64,000 nt of DNA from Bilabrum cf. latius (lineage: Eukaryota): contig OZ237742.1 of assembly GCA_965178125.1 (NCBI GenBank), positions 1,240,001-1,304,000 on the forward strand, given 5' to 3'. The first letter of the stretch is position 1; each line of letters opens with the position of its first letter. Under the pieces are notes generated by a model. The model made no database searches and was not told the DNA's origin. It saw only the letters and a program-made list of their open reading frames with translations. This document shows positions 37,101 to 48,900 of the stretch, piece after piece. The position numbers and the translations under genes were made by a program.

Positions 37101-40037
37101 GGAGGTCGCGCGGGTGCTGGTGCCGGCATTGCTCTCGAACAAGAGACTACGCAAGCGGATCGCATGTTTTTCGGATCCCGTGAGGGCATTGATTCCGAAA
37201 CAGGGGGTTTACTAGACGGAGGGAGGCTTGGGGCCTCTGCTTCACCTAGCGGGGCTGCAGGGGGTGGCAGGGGAGGAGGACACGCGCGAGGTAGGGGAGG
37301 TCGCCGTAGGGTCGGCACACGAGCTTCCATGCGGGCGTCGCTTGACCTGGATGAGTCCGGGAGGCCGAAGGACCTTGTCTGGCTCATGCGGAGGATGGGC
37401 CTGCTGAACAACCCGGTGTCTGCGCTGGTGCACCGCGCGGGGGATAGCATTCAGAGGATGCTGGGGCGGGCGGTGCGCGGCGCGGATGCTGCTGGGGCCC
37501 AGCTGGCGGCTGGTGCTGAATCGATCTGGCAGAGCACGGCCCGAATGTTCGCGAAGCTCGGCAGCGTGTTGAATCTCGGCATTGGTTCGAGCTCAGACCG
37601 GCCGAGCTACAACTAGGCTGGTCAACAACAAGAACCTGGGAACGGGGCAGGTCCTAGCGATACAGGAAGGATTGTTGCTGAAGATAAGGTCGACTGGCGG
37701 TCAATTGCAACCGCTGGTGCTCTGCAACTGTACTCCACTTGCAATCGAGGACGGCTGTGGGTGGATGGCCGCTGCGCCAATGAGGCACATCGACTTGCTG
37801 CGTGGGCCACAGCCGCTGGAATCCAGCAGGAGAGCTCGAACAGCAGACATTTGTATAGAAATGGCAGTGCCTGGACCAGAATTGCAAGGCGAGAACTGGC
37901 AATTGCAGCAGCTCGCGGCTCCTCGCCGGAGGCACTGGTGTCTCTCGCGATGGGAGAATATGTATCGTTCCATGCTCTCATTGATGGCTCTGGCTCCGGT
38001 GCCGCGTCCCATGGGGCAGGACTCAGGCCTCGTGCGCCTCACACATCCCATGAGAATCAATCGGGCCCTCCAGTGCTGCGCGACATGGTGGATGCCCTGT
38101 GCCTGCTGGTCAGGGACGCAGCCAGCCGGCACGTGGAGGAACATCTAGGGACCAAGAGTCCCGCGGAGAGCAAAAGAGCCGAGCGAAGGGCCGCGCGCAA
38201 CACGGATTCGACCAAGGAGTAGCATGAAGAAGTGGCCAAGTTGGAGGGGCTGCAGTCAATGCTTGCCACGTGCAGGGCACTGGAGCGGATGGTTCTGCCC
38301 CGCGGCACTAGGGCGTCGGAATACGGGGTGTTGCCGGCGAGCACGGATGTCGGTTCCAGCAGCATGCACATCTCACTGCTGGTGGCAGGTGCAGAGGCGT
38401 CGGTGGGCCGGCGGTTCCTCGGCCACGGCGGAAGGGGTACCCCAACACCCTTGCCAGCTGGCCTTGGCCGCATGTCTCCGCTCTCTCTGGTCGGCTGGAA
38501 CAGGACGCTCGCACTCAGGGTGCTTCACCTGAGCGAGTCAGCCGCACAGTCAACCGATCCGTGGGATGCATGGGCTGCGATTGGTCATGGGAAAAGCCCG
38601 CACGCAGCGCCATCGACACAACGCAATGACGAGCTGGTGCTGCACCTGCGCGAGGATAGAGCCGGACGGATGCCGGTGCTAGGCCTTGCTGCATGGGGAC
38701 TACTGCTGGGCGACCATCGCGATGGTGCTCAGAGCCGGGATCAAGAGGGTGTGAGAGGCTCGTTGCTGGCTGGGATGGTGGGGCCCCGGGAGGCAGAGAG
38801 GTTTGCAGCGTTGGCGCGCGCTGCTCGTGCGTCTGCAAGGGCTAGACGAGCCCATGGGCTGTTCCATGCGGATGGTCACGAGCCGCCAGGGCCCATCGCA
38901 GATGTGCTGGAGATGTCCCGCGATTGGTACAACGTAGTGCCAGAGGATGAGCCGAGCGAGTCTGAGCTTGGGCCTGGGGCTGGGACACGATCAACGAGCA
39001 GGCAGGGAAGGGGGAGCAGAAGGGGCCGGCGTGAGCTGGAGGCATTGAGGCATGGTCTAGATGCCTAGCGGTAGGGCAGGGGGGTATTGGGACGAGGCCG
39101 AGGAGGATAGCACGGGACTGTCTTGGGCAGCTGGATCCGGTATGGGGTCACAACCGGGCAGGGCGTGTATCGGGCGATGGGCCAGGCCTGGCAGTGGCTC
39201 GGTAGTGTTAGCTTGGGGTCCTTTTTATCGAGTGGAAGCAGTACCTTGCCTGGAGATGGGCGGGGCGTGGAAGACGTGACACCGCGGGAGTTGCTGGGTC
39301 GGCTTCCTGAAAGGCACCCGCTTCATGAGGGCGGCCCCATGGGCATGGCTAGGACGATTGCAGCGCTGCTGCGTGAGAGCGAAGGCTCAGGGAAATGCCA
39401 AGGACAGGGACAGGGCCAGGTTGATGGCAACCATGATCATGGGGATCAAAGTAGCCGCGATGATGCAGCTGTAAGGGTGCAGGCATAGCTTCCGTGCAAT
39501 TCGCTGGCCAAGGCACGAGAGGTGCTGCAGGAGGCGAGCCCAGCAGAGGGGCTGCTGCTGCACGCAGCGGCATAGGTGGTAGCAAGGCGTCAGGAGGCCA
39601 CGGAAGAATCAGAGGATAACGAGGCGCAGATCCGCTTGGCAGGACTGCTACTTGCGGATGGTGCTTTGGTCCAGTCCCATGCGGGTGCTGGAGATGATAT
39701 TCGTGCAGACGCCAATGGAGACGGTGCTGGTACTGGTGGGACGAAGAACAAGTATATGTCAGAAGGCCAAGGGCAGAGGCATGGGGCCCGCTCAGGCTAG
39801 CAGCAAACGACTGCACCACTAGCTAGGGCACCCTAGCGCCCACGCATGCACGGTGTGCTGGATGCAGTGCGAGTGCTGCTGATAGACCCAGGCTTTCTGT
39901 CGTCCCAAGCAGAGGTCGGACTGGCTGTACTGCTAGTCGCGCTGCTGTGCATGTTCTGGTACATGCGTGGCAGGGTTCGCGGCATGAGGGAGCAGTTGCG
40001 GCGGATGGGTGGGCAAGAGGCAGGTGCTGGGCACTAA
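28133..40037 (+). CDS. Giant type I membrane protein (~3937 aa): signal peptide, LamG/concanavalin-like domain, Sel1-like repeats, C-terminal TM (SEL1L3/Hrd3-like architecture)
   Basis: Exon 1 28133-28361 (signal peptide MKVRTYRAFIIAPWVAFIALLWLGSCVTA), intron 28362-28452 (GTAAGC...CAG), then one frame to TAA 40037 broken only by 25 TAGs (all gaps read by hand). LamG motifs SLSFWVWL and RWTHVAVV...LRLFVDG. Sel1 motifs LADRGDARAMAWLGGAHYYG, FFRGAALRGNGEGMFNLA, YWFERAAAEG. TM VGLAVLLVALLCMFWYM. Confidence 0.85.
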
Positions 40038-40506
40038 CAAGGTTTATAGACTAGTCTGTCCGGATGACTAGTACGTGCAAATCTCGCAACATCCATCCAG
40101 AATGCACATCAGAAAGGCAGACTTGTCCCTGCAGCGGCTGATGGAGGCTACAGTGGACAAGGTGGGGACAGCGGTGGGTGCATTGGAAGGGTAAAAGGGG
40201 CAGACTAAGGTGCCTATTTTGCCTTCATCAAGTGCGGCGGGGGCGGGGTGGCAGGAGCAGAGGATTCACGACGGGCGGACGAGGGGGACGACGGAGGGGC
40301 CTAGGGAGAAGTCGCGGAAGAGGCAAGCCAAGCTAGCTGTGGCGGTTGAACTGACCTTAATAACGAATGTGCTATTTTATACTACCAATCTTCACACACC
40401 TTTTTCAATTCATCCATTTTGCTGATTTTCCGTTTTTGATTTACTGGTACCCTAGATCCATGGATCCAGATCAGATCCAGGTATACCAGGCCGATGGCCT
40501 AATTAA

Positions 40507-43500
40507 TTACACGTACGTCCCATACCCGCCTGCTGAAGATGTCTTTGCAGCACTGCCTCCCTCTTCATTAGTAGCGTCATGACCGGACTACCCTGTGCCG
40601 TACGCAGCGGCGTAAGGGTCTGTAGCAGCCCACCCGGACACCGCTGTCCCTGCCGCGGCGCCCCCTCCGCCAGCCACCGACAGGTTCCACGCCCCCGCAG
40701 GCGTTGTGGTGCCTCCACTGGACGCAGTTCCACCAGACGGCGAATCAATTGCATACTTGGCGGCATACGGGTCGGCACTTACAACAGCTCTGCCACCGTC
40801 GCGAGCAGCCACGTACGGGTTGACGAAGGCAGGTGCGCTATCCTCCCTGCCAGCACCCGTCACGCCACCAAGGTCCAGCTGCGTCACCTGCACACCGCCT
40901 GCAAAACCCTTCTTCTCGAGAAATGCCCTGTTTCCGGCACCAGACCTACGGGAGCTGAACCCCGAAGAGGGAGGAGGAGGAGGTGCACTCGGTACCGGAG
41001 CAGGCAGGCCGGAGGAGCGACCCGGCTGTCTGGCCAAGGGCACACGTCCACCTAGTGCAGGGGCGCTGGGTGCATGCCCCCTGCGCAGATTCTCGCCCGC
41101 GTCCCTTCTGTCTCGGGCAGGTGTGTCATCTGTACCCACCCTAGGTTCCAAGACACCTTGGCTCGCTCCATAGCGCAGAAGCCGCTGCCCGATTTCGGGC
41201 AGCTTTGATGCAAACGAGCTGTCAGGGTCTGCCATATCCCACATCATGTACACGCGATACGCCCCAGCAACCACCTGCAGACACAGGAGGGCCAGCGTGG
41301 CGTTGATGGCGAGCCAGCCGCCAGTTTGTACAACTACTCGCAGCAGCAACAGCAACGATGGAATTTCGAACACAGCAATTCGCAGCATCCCCACGCGAAA
41401 TACCAGCGAGCGAACCGTCTTCTCTTCTTTCCTCCGATCGGAGCCCAAAAATGCCGAATCTCCCCCCTACAGCCTCGCAGACTGCATACCCCACGACTCC
41501 ACCGCAAATGGCCACAGCCCCAGGCACCCCCCGCGGAGCCGACACTCCTCATCGTCTATGCAGCACGAGTCCGGAAGGGCATCGCAAATGACGCACCCCG
41601 CAACTACATTCAAGATGACGCCCAGTCCCATAACGACCAAGCCAAACGTTCCAGTACCGAGCAAAAATTCAAGACCGTCAATGGAGTACCTGGGGGCCAC
41701 GACCAGCTCCGACTGCGCCGCACCCACAGCCACGAGAACCCCCATCGACTGGAGAGGCGCCAGGCCCATGCAGCAGTACTGCCAACCATCTTCATCCTCT
41801 GGGGCACACTGGCTCACGGCAACCCCCACGATCAGTCCCGCAAGATTGAAGAAGCAGCCTATCCCCACGATGGCCGTCACCGTGATGACAAGAGCTTTTG
41901 CCCCCTGGATTCTGATCTGCATTAAGAACCCATCGCCATACGCGTCATCCGCAAAGTCATCATCCTTGCAGGTGGCCTGAATGCCGTTGAAATCGTGGTC
42001 GCAGTCGGTGGGAAGGCTCTCAAACACGCAGTTGTGGGGCTCATCTAGGGCGGGACAAGTCGGCCCTGTGATGGTAAAGGGGGCCTTGGTCACAACACGC
42101 ACGTTCGTCTCTGTATAGAGTTCCGTCCCGACGTATCCCATCTGGTCGCAGATCATGAAGCCAGCCTCCTCGTTGATTCGCGTGTGGTCGCACACAGGGC
42201 CATACGACCCGCCTGCTGCAGATGCCTCGAGGATCGTGTACTGGAATTGCCGGTGCATGTACGGCGGCGGTTTTAACCCCTGGACAACAAGCCGGAACTG
42301 GAGCTCCCGAAAGAGGAAACCCTCTGTGCTCTCGTCCGACGGCGGTGTAAAGTCCTACGTGGGCCTTGGGCTTCCTCTGGTGTAGGAGAAGTCCCCGCAG
42401 TCAACCCACACCCGCCTGTTGGACTCACAGGTTGCCGCGCCCTCTGCATCAACAGGAGCCGAAATCGTGCAGTCAGCGAGCGTGGTAGCACGAGGCTGGC
42501 ACTATAGCTGGCCCACTGTGAAGCGTTCCATCTCGTCGCGGCCTCTGTAGGAGCCAAACGTGGCCATCGGGTTGCGCTCTCCGAACCCCAGCAGATAGCA
42601 CACAGTGCGGGCGGCCTCAGCGTCGAAACCATTCGCGCACACGTAGCCCCATTCCGACTCGGACTTTGCCGGCGCTCTATCATCGTCTGCGTCCAGCTGC
42701 CTGGCACCTGCGTCCTGTGGGGCCTTGACCCTCGCCCTGAGGATCCCAGCCGAGAGACCTTCCTCCTCCTCAGGGCCGTACTTTTCTCTTTGCAGCGCAA
42801 AGGCGATGGGCTCTGCCGATTGCTCGGGAGGGCCCTCGTCACATAGCACATAAGCAGTACCTCCTCCAGTACAGGTCTGCGTACCCACAGTGGTGCTGCA
42901 GTCTTCCGGCCCATCCGGCTGCATGTTACAGCCCTCCACAAATACGCCGGAATGGGCATTGTACGACTCGAGCGGATACCTGGACCAGCCAATCGTGCGG
43001 TTGAAAAGCGGTGCTCCACCCACAGCCACGTTGCACAGCACGCTCGCGGTGTAGTGGTTGAACTACGAGCCGTAGCAGTACGGCAGGAACGGCTCGTCCT
43101 GACGGTCGCGGACGCCGAAGAAGCCGGAGCCCCCGGTCAGCACCTCGTCCTGGTGCGTGGTGGCAAGGTTGGGAAGCAAGGCGAACTCGATCACTTCGTT
43201 GACCTCCCGCCCTCGATCGACGGATCTCTGGCTGAAAGAGCCGCAGGAGGTGCCCAGGGCCCCGTTGCATCGCGTTGCAGTCGTGGTGTATGTGCACTGC
43301 GAGAGAGACTGCGCCCAGCTTGCGCAATCCAGGTCGGCCATACGGGGAACCACCGACGAGGACACACCGGTGGCAGAAGACCCTTTGGACCACGGCGTGT
43401 TCTAGCCGAAGCCAAGGGTGTAGCACACGAAATCCTGGTAGTCGATGCCGCCAAACAGGTTCCCGCACAGGTACCCAAACTGGCCACTGGCGGCCACGCC

Positions 43501-45594
43501 AGTCGTATCGCGAACCAGGATTGTTCCTCCAGACAACCCCTCGTCCTTAATGGGTTCCCGTTGCTGCGTGAAGGCGAACTCCCACCTCCCCGACTGCTCC
43601 CTGCCGTCGCACCGCAGGTACAGCCCCTGTCCAGACGTGCACCGCCGGGTGCGCTCAAAGCTGCAGTCCGACGACGAGGTCGCATTCGAAGGACATAAAA
43701 GCCGTCTGACGCGGTACGTCGGATCAGTGAACTCGATCAGCTGCCACATGATCTCGACCTGCGGGCCTGAATACCCCATCACGCCGCACGCTCCCACAGC
43801 TGTGCTCAGGTCGAATCCGTCCGCACAAAGGGGATGAAACTCGTTGCCGCTGCGGCTGCTGCTGCCAGCAGACCACGTGGCATTGCGAACTGCAAGGTAT
43901 CCCACGTTGCCTCGCGTAGGATCCCCGTCATGCAGGCTGATCAGGGAAAGCTCTAGGTCCCCACCCCAGTTGAGCTCCGGCGTGCATTGGATGGTTGCAA
44001 CCTGATCGGAGGAACAGCTCGACATTCTCGTGGCCTCGCAGTGGCCTTCATCTGCACCGCTGTCGCACCCGTCCACTTCGACCCAGCTGCTCACCGCAGC
44101 GGAACCGCCCGCGGCCACCCCACCCGTCCATCGAGCCCCAGCTCCTGTGGCCCCCGACTGCACGCACACATCGGCGGCGCTGGCCTGAGAAACACCAGAG
44201 CACACCGGCCGCCACCTGTCGCCTCTTGCCCCGATCTCTCGCGCAACCACCGCCCCCTCGTACACTGACCCGGTCGGCCGCAGCCCCAGATGCACAGCCC
44301 CTGGCCTCACGATACCCACCTCGACGACCAGACTCGTCGGCGGCGCCCCACATGACACCATCACGCCGTCGCTGCTCCCACACCGGGCCGTCCCAGACGC
44401 ATCCTGTCCATTCCACGCGCAATTGTACAGCCCGTCAGCACTGTCAGCGCACCTGAAACCGCTCATGGAGAAACCTCCAATGGCACCCGTGACCCCGCTC
44501 GTGAGGTCCACCGTCTGTCCAGTCCGCACCTCCAGGACCCTGCCCGCGTCCTCGCCGAACATATTCACGCACACTTCTTCTGCCTCGCTCTCCCCAAAGG
44601 AGTCAAAACGATCGCAGACGAAGCCACGTTCGCTGCCCCCTCCCTGCACCGCCAGCCGAGCCTGGCCACCTGCACCCGCTGCCACCCTGCCATCCCGTGC
44701 CACCAGCTCGAACTGCAGCCCCTGGTCTATCCCCACGCCGTCGCGGTCACAGTCAAGCAGGACCGACTTGCCCCCATCGCACTCGTCATCCAAGCGCTCG
44801 GTGCTGGCCCCGATCACCGTCCAGCTGCAGTCGTCCACCGGCAGCAGCCCCCCCCTGATGCCCTCCTCCAAGCCCCCCCTCTGCAGGAGCAATCCGGGCG
44901 AGCACGACAGGTCTTGCATTTCAAATCCTCTGCCTTCTGCTTCGCTTGAGCCCAGTGTGGTGCGGGACCACTCAAACCGAAAGCGGTCGGTGCGATACCC
45001 CATGGCGGTGCAGATGGCTCCCATGAGGTAGGCCTGCACCCCGACGTGGCACAGAGGCCGCCAGGGGTTGCTCTGGTCGGCCGTCACGCTCCGAAGGGAC
45101 ACTATGCCACTGCTACTATTGGCACCGATAGGATCTCCCTGTGAATCCGTTAGGGTGACGTGCAGAGCAGAAGATGATCCGGATGCATTGAGCGGTTGCT
45201 CACCGCAATTCAGCCACACACCACTCATTTCGTCGCATCCAGAAGCGTACACGCTGTAACCACAATCATTTAAATCGATGTCTCGGTGTGAGCACGCGTA
45301 GATCCGCCCAATCACCATGTCTCGCGCATTCAGGTCGATGGGGTAGCCGGAGCGGTAGCCCACCCCAAGCTTCGCAGGAGCCAGACCGAGATGTCGGCAC
45401 GCCGCGCTTGCAGTACTCCAAGCAAACGAATCATCACAAACATATCCATACGCCCCGTCCGAGACTTTCCCCAGCAAAATGCCCTCGGTAGAACCTGGGG
45501 GCAGCAATGCACCACTTGCAGACCCAAGCGCCACATCAATAGCCAGAACGCTTCTGACAAGGAAAGCAACGAACAAGAAAAAATCTGCGCGCAT
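40507..45594 (-). CDS. SRCR (scavenger receptor cysteine-rich)-like domain array fused to a multipass membrane region, ~1695 aa
   Basis: Signal peptide MRADFFLFVAFLVRSVLA at 45594. Repeated G.VCDD.F...A..VC..LG motifs (YGYVCDDSF, RGFVCDRF, FHPLCADGF, FGYLCGNLF, WGYVCANGF, YGPVCDHT). One frame with TAGs at 43402, 43063, 42502, 42355, 41467 and 40588, ending in TAA 40507. Five to six hydrophobic segments near the C-terminus. Confidence 0.85.
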
Positions 45595-45921
45595 ATAGGA
45601 GTGACTAGCCGGACAAGAATGTCCAAAGCGATTCGGAACAAACGAGTGATCCGAAAGAAAAAGTTGAAGAGAAAATATGTCAAAAAGCACACACGTCAAA
45701 AAGCACACACTTTCCACCCCGCCGGCGAGGGGAGCTCGCGCTGGATAGGTCGAAGGGATTAACAGGCTCACGCCGCAAAGTATGCAAGCTTCCAGTGGGC
45801 CACGCCTCCGTGGAGGAGCGGCGCTGCTTGCAGCACACTTGACCTCCAGCTCCTGCTACGGCCGTTCCCTGCGCGCTTGATGCTCCCATCTGTTTCTGTA
45901 GCCCACACACGTTGAGCCTCA

Positions 45922-48900
45922 GAAAATACAGAAATACAGAAATACATTGTTGGGTAAAGATTCCACAAGCACCCAGATGCACCGTTGCCCCCGAAGGAGT
46001 TCGAGTGATCACCTGAATCCAGAGGAGTCCTCAAACAAGGACTACAAGACCCCCGACCCTTTCAGGCCAAAGGCCCCCCAATCTCAGCCTACACCGCCGA
46101 GTCCCCTTTATTCGCCATCAATGTGGTCCCCCACAAGCCCTCAGCCTGATGCCTTCACAAGGAGAAAGCATACAGGTGCGGAGCATGTGCCCGGCACAAA
46201 GCGCGGTCCAGTCCCACATCAGGGTCCCCTGCCGGGACCCACCATTTCCTCCTCCATGACCGTCTCTGCGTCTCACGATCCTTCAGAGAGGCTAGCATGC
46301 ACGCGCTCATGCCTTTGGCCCATTGCCTCTCTATGTCCCTTAGCAAGCCGTGGGGCTTAAACATCCGTCGCTGTAGCCGAGCGTTCGCATTGGTTGCCGC
46401 TATCAGCTCTTGCGTGGCCGTGGCGGCAAGAGCAGCCGCCGCATCGCCTCGCATCCACTGCCTGCACGTCAGCTACTCCTGCTAGCGCAGCTGGTTCCTG
46501 ATCACCTGCACCACTCGGTTGGCCAGCTCCTTGACAGCTGTCCGTTCCGATGACCGCGCAATCGTACGCTCTATCCGAGTGAGTGCGTCTTCGACGATTG
46601 GCTTGGCCCTGCTGGTGCGCTCCAGCTTCTCGTCCCAAGGGTCCTGAGCGAGAGCTGTCTTCGCCCATGCTTTCCGGAGGGAGGCAGGGGACCTCCCTCT
46701 ATTCTGATCCGCATCATCGGGTTGCCACGGTCTCGTTCCGGCATGATGGTCATGCTCGGCCCGCTCCATCTGCTCTACCGCGGTGCCCATCACTTGAAGG
46801 TTGGGCGTGCCCTGTTGCGGGTATTGTCCAGCTCGGATGCGCAGAATTCGTCTTCCTTGGTGGCCGTATTCCTGCACCACCGCTGCTGTTGGCATGGCTC
46901 CTGGTCCGAAGGCATACCGTCCCTTCGTTGCGTACCGGTTAAGCATGACCACTCCGAGCGCAGCTCTCTCCCGGTCCCAATCCGACAGTGCCGGATCGTG
47001 CGAGCATCCCAGGCTCAGGCTTGTGAACGATCGGTCAGCAGCTCCGGATTTGGATTTCCTCCACTTTGTGACTTTTTTTGCAGTCTCCTGGCATCCCAGC
47101 CAGTCCTTCGCGTCATCGATCCGGTGGGTCCCCCCTGCCATCTTGATCCTGAATCCCAGTGCCAGCGCGGCCCCGAGTGGGCCTGTCTGTACTGGTGGTC
47201 CCTGCAGGAATCGGCCCTGGTGGATGAACCTGGCCGCAACATCAAGGCCCTTCTTCGAGGGACACTCGATCAGGTCCAGCAGGCCCATAGCAACACGCCC
47301 TGCTGCCGATGCCGTCAGCAGCTCAGTGTCCATCGCAAGGTTTGGCACGTATCGACCGCCCATGGTGAAGGGCCTTACCTGTGTCGATCCGCTGACAATC
47401 ATCCAGCGCGTATCCAGCAGGAATTTGTCCAGCATCTTGAGCACTTCCAGGTTCAGTTCCATCCCGTAGAAAACTTGGGAACCATATCCTAATCCTGACA
47501 AGGTGTCCCATCCTGTTGCACATGCCGCTGCCTCTGCTCCGTAGAATGCACTCGTGATTGCTCCTGCATGGAGCAGCTGGGCGTGCAGGGAGACCGCCCA
47601 GTTGCCGTTCACCGCCGCTCGTGTGATGTCCCTGGCCGCCCGGTACGCCATCGCAATCCTCCTGCGTACGTGGGGTGCCATATCAATTACCCAGATGTCT
47701 CTCGCCTGCGTCAGCCCAGCTACTTCATCTGGGCTGATCCGTACTGGTTGGGTCGAAATGAGTAGACCGAGGTACAGGTAGGATGAGGCAAGTGGAATGG
47801 TCCACTCCCCATCCGTCTCTCCCGCGTCCGCTGCTCTGCATGCGACGCCCTCTGGCATGTCCCCAGGAATTGAGTCCCGAGCGTAGCCAAAGGCCATGAT
47901 CGCTGTCTTGGTTCCCTGGCCCGATGCTGTCAGGGGCTTGATTCCCAGCTACATGCCCGCAAGTGCAAACAGGCTCTTGACTAGCTTCATGACCGCCACT
48001 GCTTCGTTCCAGTTCGACGTCAGTGCCACGTAGTCGTCTGCGTACCCGACTTGTCCACATTCAACGTATCGTCCGGTGTCGGTCACGATCCTTTGATGGT
48101 GCCCGTGCTGGAGCCTCTCTTTCCGCAGCGTTTCCAGGAGAACCCCCATCAGTACCAGGAAGATGGTGGGAGACAGAATCTCGCCCTAGGGGGTGCCCGC
48201 CGTCTTCTGCACTCTGGTAGAGACCCTCCTGGTGAGTGGGTCTCGAACGCGGATGGCCACCTGCATGCGGGCCATGAGAAAGCGGACCGTCTGGCGTCCC
48301 CATCCTTGCTCCGTCATGATGGCCTCGATGATGTTCAACTTGCAACTGTCAAATGCTCCTTTGATGTCAAAGAATACCAGAAAACCTCCAGCACCCCTTC
48401 GTTGGGTAATCCATTCCATCACCGCTGAGTAGGCCTGCTGGCAGTTCTTGCCGATGCGAAATCCGGCCTAATCCTGGCCGAAGAGTCCGTGGTTTTCGCA
48501 GTACCACATGACCTTCTGGTTTGCGATGGTGCTTACGACCTTCGAGAGAGCCGAGGTCCAGCATATTGGCCTGAATTCGTCGACTCCTGTGACTCCTGTG
48601 CCCTGCTTGCGCTTGGAGACCGGCCGCATGAACCCCTCCTGAAAGGCCTCAGGCTGAATCCCCGAGAAGAGTGTGAGATTATAAATGGCCCTGAGGAGGT
48701 CCAACAGAGCGTCACTTCGCCGCAGACACCCGTCCTCCTCAGAGCATGGCTAGCATTTGGTCAGCAATTCCGCCCTGATCCCATCAGGTCCCACAGCTTT
48801 GTTGTGCTTGAGCTTGTCCAGTGCTTGATCCACCTCTGCGTTCGACCTGCAGAATAGGTTGAGCGGTGTCGCTGCCCTGGGCATGTGCGGCGCAATCCTG

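Noticed and set aside
28164-40037. Reading the fragmented ORFs as pseudogenes or many small genes
   Set aside because: All breaks are TAG in a single frame with no TAA/TGA or frameshift; random decay would not be codon-specific, and RPS3 and WDR92 show the same pattern.
48186-48470. TAG as pyrrolysine, Leu, Lys, Tyr or Glu
   Set aside because: TAG aligns with conserved Gln in two RT motifs and sits in Gln repeats. The WDR92 (Lys column) and RPS3 (Ala column) sites are variable positions compatible with Gln. Pyrrolysine is not known in eukaryotes.
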